Source: Marsupella aquatica (lineage: Eukaryota; Plantae; Marchantiophyta). From it: a stretch of DNA of 64,000 bases. The notes under the pieces were generated by a model that saw only the letters and a program-made list of their open reading frames with translations, was not told the origin of the DNA and ran no database searches. Both the position numbers and the translations under genes were made by a program. The number at the start of each line of letters is the position of its first letter. Position 1 is the first letter of the stretch. Location: the NCBI GenBank assembly GCA_973895155.1, contig OZ316896.1:10427525-10491524 (forward strand), in the 5' to 3' direction. Below, piece after piece: positions 13,961 to 23,723 of the stretch.

Positions 13961-14932
13961 TAAGGTCCTAATAAGTTCGACAGGTGGTTTTCTTTACAAA
14001 ATTTATGGTTTTAATTGAGTTGACTGTCATTACCTAAGGGCAAGTGAAAATATGTACCTCATGTGCATAACTCCCCAGTACCTTGTACTTTCTTGGTCAT
14101 ATGTTTGCATGTGTACTTATGGTTGGTGTATTAAGTTCCTAATAAGTTCCCTTGTTGGTTTCTTTTACAAAATTTATGGTTTTAATTGAGTTGACTGTCA
14201 TTACCTAAGGGCCCGGTCGACCTTGCCCGTCAAACTGGGCGAAAAACTCCGTCTAATCGACAAATCGGCAACCCGGTCGCCCGGACTCCTGGACTCGGGG
14301 TCAGGTCCGGGTGTGAGGACAGAGCCGGGCCGGGTGTTACGGGGTTCGGGATGGGGTCAGGAGGAGTCTGGGCCGGGACTGGGCCAAGGTCGACAGGGTT
14401 TGGGATGGGGTCAGGAGGAGTCTGGGCCGCCCGGGACCAGGCCAAGGTCGGTGGGGGTTCGGGATGGGGTCAGGAGGAGTCTGGGCCGGGACTGGGCCAA
14501 GGTCAGCAGGGTTGGGGATGGGGTTGGGAGGAGTCCGGGACGCCCCTGGCCGCCGACCCCCGAACCCCGCCCACTTCCTCCCGGCCGCCGACCGACACCC
14601 CCGGCCCCTGACCCCAGACCCGGCCCCAACTGGCTGCCACCCCGAACTGGGGTCCGGGGGAGTCAAGGGGAGTCCGGAAAGGGTCCGGGGGAGTTTGGGA
14701 GGAGTCTGGAAAGTGTCCGGGGGAGACTGGGGGAGTTCGGGAGAATATTTCAGAATATCCGTCAAATTGGTCAATTTTGGGCTGTCATTTGACGGTTTTA
14801 CGTGCCCGACAAGTCGTCAACTTGCCCGTCAGGTTAAACCTGGCCTAAGGGCAAGTGAAAATATGTACCTCATGTGCATAATTTGTCAGTAGCTTTGTAC
14901 TTTCCTGGTCATTATGCTTGCATGTGTACTTA
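13961..14932. repeat. About 171-bp tandem duplication; the second copy is disrupted by two Harbinger-superfamily insertions
   Basis: tttacaaaatttatggttttaattgagttgactgtcattacctaaggg occurs at about 13993 and 14164; caagtgaaaatatgtacctcatgtgcataa occurs at 14041 and 14852. Confidence 0.85.
14209..14845. mobile_element. Tourist-like (PIF/Harbinger) MITE with GC-rich internal tandem repeats
   Basis: TAA TSD at 14206-14208 and 14846-14848; imperfect TIRs GGGCCCGGTCGACC / GGTTAAACCTGGCC; the empty site cctaagggcaagtg is present at about 14033-14046. Confidence 0.75.
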
Positions 14933-15323
14933 GAGCATCTCCAACGGTGTCTCCAAGGAGCACCGTAAACAGCAAACCAACTACTAGCGGCCAGTATTTG
15001 GAGTTTTTAATCTCCAACGGTGTCGGCTTCCTTAAATTTATGGAGGAAGCCGCTACTTTTCCTCCCTCCACCCCGCTACTTCCTGGCAGGAAGGCGGTCG
15101 CCATTTGAAACTCGGCTGCTTGCCTACAAATCAATCGACGGCAAGAAAACGTCCACGCGGCACTCGCGATGTGAAGCAGTGCTTGCGCCAGAATTCTCTA
15201 AATTTCCCACTTGGACTGCCATGAACAGTGCTTCTCGTGGCCCACACGGTGTTGTCGTGCAAAGCTGACATTTTGAGACTCACAAGAATTGCAGTGAAAT
15301 TCCGCGTACGAAGGTGTGCAAAC

Positions 15324-16338
15324 ATGGCAGCAAGTCGTGGGAAAAATTACGGTCCAGAGGAGCTCAAAAAATTATGCTACAGTGTAGTCCATGTGTCCCA
15401 AGATCCTTGCATTGGTGCAGGACAAAGAGCAGAGAGATTTTGGGACCGGGTGACTGAGCATTACGAGAAACACAAACCAAAGGGAACTGAATCGAGGGGT
15501 CGAAAATCACTGGAAGGGAAGTGGTCTGATGTGAAACACGATGTATCAAAGTTCATTGGATGTTTTCAACAAGTAGATGACCTCCAAATTTCAGGGACCA
15601 ACGTTGATGACACTGTGGTGAAAGCAAAGGAATTGTTCAAGCAGAACCATCCCAAAGGGAAATCTTCTCTTTCGAATCCTGCTTCTGGATTTTGAAAGAT
15701 TGTCCACGGTGGGGGAATCCAACAGACGACATGGCGAAAGGAAAGGGGAGGAAATCAGCTGCATACAAGGGCGACACAATAGAAAATGAGAGCTCTAGCC
15801 AGAGTCCCATTGTCATTGAGAATGGTGACAATGAAAGTGTTGACAAACAGCATGAAGAACCTGCTGAAGATCGGCAATGTGACATGAGGAAGAGGCCGGT
15901 GGGAAACAAGAGAGCCAACTGAAGGAAGATCACAAGCGAGCGAAGCTTGAACAAGAAGCAATGAAGATGGTTGCGAATGCCCAAAGGGAGATGGCAGCTG
16001 CGAATCGTGATCGGGTCAAGACATTGCAAAACAATTCACTGATGAAGCTGCTTACATTGCCTACGGACAACATGGAACCAGAGCTCCATGATTACGTAAG
16101 ACAATGGAAGTTAGAAGAGGCCAGAAAACTCAAAGCTCGGATGCAAACTACGGAACCTGCACAGAATCCACTTCCTATTTTTCCATAGACCAGGGTTGAA
16201 GATCCTATTTTTGATGATAGCACAACTGACCAGAATGAAAACATAGGCGTAGCAGCAGACCATGTAGATTTTGAAGCAGAATTGCAGCCATGTGCACCTG
16301 GATTTTCTTTCCAGGGATTGTTAGCGAGCCAGTTGTAG
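15324..16338 (+). pseudogene. Harbinger ORF1, Myb/SANT-like (NAM-associated type) DNA-binding protein, frameshifted
   Basis: MAASRGKNYGPEELKKLC...GQRAERFWDRV...SLEGKWSDVK...(F)SFESCFWILKDCPRW...RPVGNKRA; frameshifts near 15665 and 15918; in-frame TAG at 16186-16188, with the frame open again to 16338. Confidence 0.85.
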
Positions 16339-16862
16339 TGTCGTGGGCATCACTCGATCAATCTCGATGAATGTTGAGATCTATGTTTGCACATTGATTA
16401 ATAAAAGTGATTCAAGTGTTGCACGAAACATTCCAGATTGCAAATCCACAAAGTGAGGATTCACATATAATTTGACCATTGCCCTACAAGAAAGAAAACT
16501 GCGTTCTCAAGGCCTAGAGATGCTAACTAAGCAGTTCGTAAATAGTTGTAGTCTGGACATTTTTGATTGGCTTGGATAGAAGTACATTGACATGAAAACA
16601 GATGAAATAGCCACCTTTCAATGTCAAGCTTGAGCTTCTGAACCTGTATATGCGAGGTTGGAAACTCAGGTATCACAGAACATTACGTAAAATCTGAGTC
16701 AAAAAAGTTTCAATAAATATAATAAGGTTTACAAAATTGGAGGCCACGGCCTCCTGTTCCATACGGCCAAGCTACGAGCCATTCCGAGTCTTCCCCTACA
16801 ACCTGCCTGGACAAAGTCTTGGACAAAACGGCCTGCCTGGACCCTAAAATTGGCCGAGCTTG

Positions 16863-17207
16863 CTAATTGCTAAAGCTGCTAATTGCCAAATTGGTCACTG
16901 AAGCTTGCCGAAAATCATTCTGAAACCCTAGATTTACGCTTTGGTGGTTTGCGCTTTGGGCTAGGGGTGGCTTTGTGAAAACCACATAGCAATCATCACT
17001 CGAGGTAGATTGGTTGGTGCTGAGATGGTCCGAAAGTGCATCATTGTCATCAGTATCCTCCATCTCTGCCATAACTTGAGCCTCCAGAGAATTTTCAGGC
17101 TCAAACTCCATGAGCGTCATCTCCAATGGTGCTTTCTTGCTTGCCTCCTTTCTTGTCACCTTTGCTGGAGGTGCCCATGGTTTGCCATTCTTCTTCTGCT
17201 CTTCCAT
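16863..17207 (-). CDS. Putative third ORF inside the Harbinger element (114 aa, basic then acidic, low complexity), function unknown
   Basis: MEEQKKNGKPWAPPAKVTRKEASKK...EMEDTDDNDALSD; a plausible GT-AG intron precedes the ATG at about 17221-17254. Confidence 0.3.
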   Translation of the reverse strand: MEEQKKNGKPWAPPAKVTRKEASKKAPLEMTLMEFEPENSLEAQVMAEMEDTDDNDALSDHLSTNQSTSSDDCYVVFTKPPLAQSANHQSVNLGFQNDFRQASVTNLAISSFSN

Positions 17208-17568
17208 GTTCGATTGCCTCCTTGCAATGCTAATAATCAAAAAATTGTGGGTACGTCCTCTGGACCACAAAGTCAAGCACCAAAACAATTTGAGAGTTTC
17301 GAATTGGGCCTGTTCAATTCCCGAGTTTCTCCCAAGTTTCATGTACCTGCCTTGACAGTATCTCCCAAGTTTCCTGTACTTCCAAATACATGGATTGAAG
17401 TTCAGTCAAGGTGGAAGCAAGTCAAATGTACTCTGTCTACCATGACATCATCACTCAATTCAGACCTGTGACTTGGTACCCTCAAGTCCCAAGGTAGTAC
17501 TCGTGTGTTTCATTTAAGAAAATAAATGCAGGGTTGTGCAAGAAAAACTCCAAAGACTCACCTGAATT

Positions 17569-18892
17569 TCAGTGATCAGAAAGACCAGACCCATTTCTAT
17601 TCCAAAGGTGATCAACAATGTCATTTCTCAGCCGAAAATGGTTAGCCTTGTTGTTAATTTTAGCTGTTGCAGCAAGGAACTCCAGCCATGGCAGATTTCC
17701 CCTATTCACTCTTGCTGCAGGAACCCTTAAATATGGAGGAAAATTCTCATCTCTCTCATCCTCAACAATCATATTGTGGAGGATGACACAAGCAAGCAAA
17801 ATATTTACAATGTTCTTTTCGTACCAAGACCTGGCAGGCCTCCTTGCTATCTCAAATCTAGCTTGGAGGACCCCAAATGCCCTCTCCACATCTTTTCTTG
17901 CTGCCTCATGACATCTTGCAAAATGCTTCAACTTATCAGACTGTGGCATGTGCACAGTGGATATGAACATGGACCACTCTGGATAAATTCCATCCACCAG
18001 TAGATAAGCTCGTTTGTACTCTATACCATTGACATGGAAACTGACATTGGCCGAATCATTATGCAACCATTCATTTAGAAGTGGTGATCGGTCAAGCACA
18101 TTTAGGTCAATTATTTCCCCCAGCCAGCCCAAAAAAGGCATGCCAAATCCACAATTCTTGATCAACAATTGCTTCCAATATGATGGATTTGTATCTGTCC
18201 TTGTCACTGTATTGGCCTTGCCAAGCAACAGGACAATTCTTCCATGCCCAATGCATGCAATCCAATGAACCAAACATACCTGGAAAACCTCGCTCTGCAT
18301 TAATTTGAAGGTGTCTTTCAAAATCTTCAGCTGTTGGCTTCCTCAAATAGTGACCCTCATACAACTCTCTGATGGCTTTCACAAAGCGATACAAAGACTC
18401 CAGTGCTGTGCTTTCAGCAATTCTACAATACTCATCCAAAGCATCTGCTCCAAGTCCATAAGCTAATTGCCTCATTGCTGCTGTCAACTTTTGATGTGGA
18501 GACAATCCTACCCCAAATCCTACTTTCCCTGCAGCATCAACCTTGCGACAAAAATAAGTGTCGTGTGCACAGACATCAACAAGAATCTTGTTAAACAAAC
18601 TACTGCTCATTCTGAATCTCCTTCTGAATTTTAATTCATCATAGGTTGGTGCATCACAAAAGTAGTCATTCCATAGGTCATCTGCCCCTTTTTCTCTGCG
18701 CCTCTCGACATTCTCACTTATGCCTGGCCTAGACCCTCCGTGCTTTCTTTTCCTAGAGTGTTGGCCAATATTTGGAATGGAAAGGGGTCCACTGAACATT
18801 ATCAACTCCCAGAATCTTTGTTCCTCATCACAATCCGCTGCCTCCTCCTCCAATTCTTCGTTGAGATCCGCCAGCCATCTTTCGAGGTCCAT
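17569..18892 (-). pseudogene. Harbinger DDE transposase (HARBI1 / plant transposon protein type) with a +1 frameshift near 18110
   Basis: FRRRFRMS, LSPHQKLTAAMRQLAYG, RGFPGMFGSLDCMHWAWKNCP, GLAGGNN/DLNVLDRSPL, YLLVDGIYP, RKDVERAFGVLQARF, ACVILHNMIVEDE; one extra T in aataattgacc (minus strand). Confidence 0.93.
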
Positions 18893-19691
18893 TCTGAACA
18901 GATGATCGATGTGCAGTCTAGGCTTCTCAGCACTGCTTCAAATTATCCCGATCAAAATGGATGAAGGTCATGGTCGCATGAAACCGAAGGCGGCAGCAAG
19001 GGCGAGCACACAACACAAATCACTTGAAAAAAATTAATGAAGTTGCACGATCGACGTGCATTCTACAACGGAAAATCTGTTGCGTCGAAACGTGAGTCGA
19101 GGTCTCGTGAGGAGTCGAGGTCTGCAAGAAAAAGAGGGTTCACTTCACACCAAAGTGAATCCAACGTGTGTGAGAATCCTCCCCACAGCTGTGGGCCCCA
19201 GTTTGTACGAGTGCATATGGGATGGAGGTCAGAATGGGGTGTTGCCGTTGGGGATTGCGTTAAAGTAGGGTGACTCTCCATTTTTGCAGGCGCCATTTCA
19301 CCCGCATATGATGGGGATAGGGGCCACAAATCTCCAAACCGTTGGAGATGCTCTTATGGTTTTGTGTATTATCTCAGGCACTCTTAAATAATAGATATTA
19401 TTTTTTGGCATGTATTTTACATCTACTCTTTTCTTTTATCCTAAATAAATTATATTATTTACATCTCACTACAAGACAACAACAAAAAATGAGGCATGTT
19501 CCAAGATGAACGTGCTATATATAGGAAACATCGTACCCTTTGGATTTGGGAGTCATCAATGCTTGAATGTGGGTCCAAGACTCCAAGTGAACCCTTGAGC
19601 AGGAACCTGGGCTCCTAGTGAAATTCGAAGCCCGCCACTAAATTTTCCAAGGGCAGAGCAAAAAAGGGTGAGGGTGAGAAGTTATAGAGTA

Positions 19692-21401
19692 CTAGCTCAA
19701 TACCCGTGCGTTGCACAAAAGATGTCGTGTCGCCCAAGATGTCGTGTCCTCTAAGATGTCGTTAAGACAAAAAGATGTTGTGTCGCCCAAGATGTCGTTA
19801 AGAACAAAAATGTTGTGTCGCCCAAGATGCCGTTAAGAAAAAAAAATGTGGTGTCGCCCAAGATGTCGTTAAGAAAGAAAATGTAGTGTCTGTTAGATAT
19901 TGCTCTAGTCTTGTGACTCATGAGCTAACCGCAGTTAGTCTAACTCGGGTTAGGACTTAGCTAATGTTAGCGGTAGTGCTGGTGTGCATATAGCCAGGGC
20001 TGATGTCAGACCCTGGTGGAACTTAGGCTCATTGTTACGGAGCTAGTTGAGAGATAGGGAGAGCTTGTGCTATGGATGCTTGGTATGGCCGGTCGGCCTA
20101 GAGTGCAGTAAAGCTCTTGTGTATTCTCGTGGACGTAGCCTCATGTGGAGGTGAACCACGTATCTCTCTGTGTCGACTATTGTGCGTTGGATAGTTCATG
20201 GGCTTGCCGTTGCGAATGTCGTCTATGCTCAACAGTGTCTCCCACCTGAAGATGTCATGAAGAAAAAAAATGTTGTGTCACCCAATGTGTCATTAATGAA
20301 GAAAAAATATATTGTGTCACCCAAGATGTTGTTGAGAAGAAAAATGTTGTGACACCCGAGATGTACTTAAGAAAATGACATTGTGTCACCCAAGATGTTG
20401 TGGCACCCAATATGTCCTTAAGAAAAGAAATGCCACGTTGCCCAAGATGTCGTTAAGAGAAAAGTTGTCGTTAAGTAAAAAAGACATTGTTAAGACAAAA
20501 GTTGCACAAAAGATGGTGTGGTGAGAGAAATATGTTGAGGTGAAAATAGATGTTGAGGTGAGAAAAAGAAGTTGAAGTGAGAAAAAAAAGTGGAGGTGAG
20601 AAAAAGATGTCGAGGTGAACAAAGATGTTGATGAGAAAAAGAGATGTTGAGCTAAGAAAAAGAAGTAGAGCAAAAACTATGTCAAGGAGAGAAAAGATGG
20701 CGATGTGAGAAAAATATGTGAAGATGAGGAAAAGATGTTGAGGGTGAGGGAAAGATGTTGTGGTGAGATAAAAATGTGAAGTTGAGAAATAGGTCAGATT
20801 TCGAGGTGAAAACAAATGTCAGTGACAAAAAGAGATGTTGAGGTGAGACAAAGAAGTCAAGGTGATGTTGAGGAGAGAAAAAACATGGCAAGGTGAGAAA
20901 ATGACGTTGAGGAGAGAAAATATGTCAAGGGTGAGGGAAAGATGTTGTGGTGAGATAATGATGTCAAGGTGAGAAAAGATGTCAAGTCAGGTGAGAAAAT
21001 ATATCAAGGACCTAAACGATGTTGAGGGTGAGAAAAAATTGTCATGAGATAAAAATGTCAATGTCAGAAAAAATGGCAAGATGAGAAAAATATGTCAAGG
21101 CAAGGTAGAGTTGTTGTGATGGTGTGCAACAACTCGTGCACTGCACATAGAAATTGGAGGTTGAGATAATAGTCACCGCAACATAGAGTCCAAGCACAAC
21201 CAAGTGATAGAAAAAATTATTTTAAATTTTAAATTTTTAGAGAAATTAATATCATATATACATTATTAATACTCAATTTTTTTCAAACTTTAAAGTTCTT
21301 ATCCAATTCTTTAAGTCTCAATTTGAATAATTATTTTTTAATAATATTCAATTTTTTATTTTTTATCTTGGTTGGGTTGAGGTAATCGAGATTAATAGAG
21401 A
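19692..21401 (-). mobile_element. Non-autonomous Helitron filled with about 40-bp and about 21-bp tandem repeats
   Basis: On the minus strand the 3' end reads GTGCAACGCACGGG (hairpin) then TATTGAG CTAG|T, and a candidate 5' end reads A|TCTCTATTAATCTC, giving an A|T insertion site; internal units gatgtcgttaagaaaaaaatgttgtgtcgcccaa and gatgttgaggtgagaaaaa. Confidence 0.7.
19891..20234 (+). mobile_element. Solo LTR (344 bp) of the same copia family as 29557-36426
   Basis: TG...CA ends; 5-bp TSD GTGTC at 19886-19890 and 20235-20239; close reverse-complement match to the LTR at 29557-29900. Confidence 0.95.
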
Positions 21402-23723
21402 TATGGATGAATCCTACATTTACAGAAAAACAAATTTTTACTTAAGACCTAGGATTGTTCCCATTTTTTCTTGAGTTTGTAAATAATACCATATCCATTT
21501 TTAGAGGATATGGTATATCACTTATGATACTCTTGCATACAACTGGGTTAGGTACATTTTTGTCTTTAGTTCCCACCATTAGATTCTTTTTTGTGTGAAA
21601 AGTGCATGCAACAGGGTTAGTTACATTTTTTGTTTTTTGTGTACGCCAATTGATTACTGTTTGTGTGAAAATATTTACTGTACTTTTTGGTTCACACTAT
21701 ATTTAATTTGCTTTTGGTTTTATCCCTTCTGTTTATTGGTTACTTCTTTTCTTGGCACTATATTTTTGAATGACAACCACTGCATAAAAAGGCGCAACCT
21801 TGTATTATAGTTCTTGATAGAACAAACATTATTTATCAGTTTAAGTTTAGAGCTACTTGTTCCAAGTCATAACCTGAATTGTATCTCGACGGTCAAAATC
21901 CCTGTTAGTCAAAACCCAGGTCTCGCGTTGAGATCCCAAATAGTAACTTTGGATTTTCTGCCTTGAATAACAATTAAAGAATACTTTTGAGGGTAGGAAA
22001 TGTGGCGGAACCCTCCACTTGTCAAGAACCTTATTCTCCCTAAAGTATGGGCAATGCACTGTAGTGGTAGCAGGGGCATGAAGAGAAACCTCACTCGCAC
22101 TCCACCTATCCCAAATTGTTGGAGGTCCATGACAAAAGAGGTTGTGGTCACAAGAAGCCAACAAAAGTCTCATGTGTTTACGACCCTATCCTCATACTCC
22201 CTGAATATGCCGTACAATGGTTGTATTATTCTGACTATCTTACCCTGGGATACAATAGCAAGTTTGGGTTTTCTTCATTGGCAAAAATTGGCCAAATTCC
22301 ACCTTCATAGGGAGCATTCCCCATTTTGGCCATTTTAGGGGGGTCTGATTAGCCACAATTTGACGGTTGTCCTTAAACTAGTGAGATCTGACCATCAGAA
22401 ATAATATAGAAAATTTAGATAAGGAATGTTCCATAGCATCTTCTCCTTCTACCAGGCCAATTTAGCCACCTTGGCACAAAAGGAAAAAAAAAAACTTAGC
22501 AGTTCTGCTAGAATACACTCTCATGGCTTCACTTTCTACGTGCACAACAAGGGGGCAGCATTGTATGGCGAGTCCCAAAGGGCAACAATAAATGACTTTC
22601 CCCAACTCCTCCACTTTTACTCAACTTACTTGGGTCAATTTTAATTAAGGTGGTCCCAAGTCCCAACCAGTGTTTTTTTTATGGCAAAATTTTGCTAGAT
22701 TCCACCTCCCCAAAAATCCTTTCGCCACTTTTGGCCAAAATTTGCTAGTATTTCGCTGGCTCTAATAGTGTTTCACCTAATCCCAGGCCCCATTAGCCAG
22801 AATCTAACAGTCAGCCTTAAATCTAGGGAGATCTGAGGGTCAGGAAAATAATTGAATAGTGAATCTTCTGAGCATCTTCTCCCACAGACTTTACATTCGC
22901 CAAATCCTTAAAAAATAGGCTGGTCCCAACCCATCTTAAACAATCCACTTCTGCTGCTGCTGGAAAGGACGGTGTTGGGAACATCCTCCTCAATGTGTGG
23001 ATTTGGGAGACATTATCCAAAAGGCACGCCAATGCTTTTGGTCCAAGGACTCCAAGTCCAAGTGGAGCATAGTCCACTGTCAAGATACCTCTGTAGGCTT
23101 GGTTGGCTATGGTTCTGTAGCTGTAGCTCTCTCCTCACTAGGCTTGGTTGGCTACGGGACTGTAGCTGTAGCTCTCGTCGCTCACTGGACATGATTGCTG
23201 AAAACGACAAGTGGGTTTGGCGCCAACACATCTCTCACTTCCCACTCCTCCCATCCCAAAGTGTTACATAGTAATGTTCCTCGATTTATGAATCACACTG
23301 AAAGACCCCCCAGTGTTTAGTAAATTCTTGCTTCGCATAACTGGTATGCAAAGCTGATGGACGATTCAGTGTAGTGTCTCTTCGGCTGAGAGCAAGGGAA
23401 GTCGTGATCCATGCACGGACCTCGTCTCTGTTGAAAGTCGTCCATCAGATAGCTTTGTCGCTCATGGTTTTTTTTACGTGTCGATGATTATCTGGTCTTC
23501 TTGCATCAATTCTCGTGAAACCATTTGTGGTATTGCGGGATCCCCTATTAGATTAAATTTTAGGAGAGTGTATGTTCGGATCTCTACTTCAACAGAAACG
23601 TTGCCTACTGAAATTGGAGACACCCGCACGAGTACTAGGGGATTCAAGTTTACTTTCATTCCAATAAAAAGGTCAATTTGCCTTCGGGGTTAGTCTATCG
23701 TCTACAGGGAAGCACTTGGACTC

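Larger units (their letters stand above)
14933..19353. mobile_element. PIF/Harbinger DNA transposon, about 4.4 kb, formerly autonomous
   Basis: Perfect 16-bp TIRs GAGCATCTCCAACGGT / ACCGTTGGAGATGCTC; TTA TSD at 14930-14932 and 19354-19356; encodes a DDE transposase and a Myb/SANT-like ORF in convergent orientation. Confidence 0.95.

Noticed and set aside
14223-14892. Several Gly/Pro-rich ORFs on both strands
   Set aside because: They arise from GC-rich tandem repeats inside a TSD-flanked MITE
20170-20891. Phe/Ser/His-rich and Lys-rich ORFs
   Set aside because: Translations of the satellite array and the LTR edge; no coding signature
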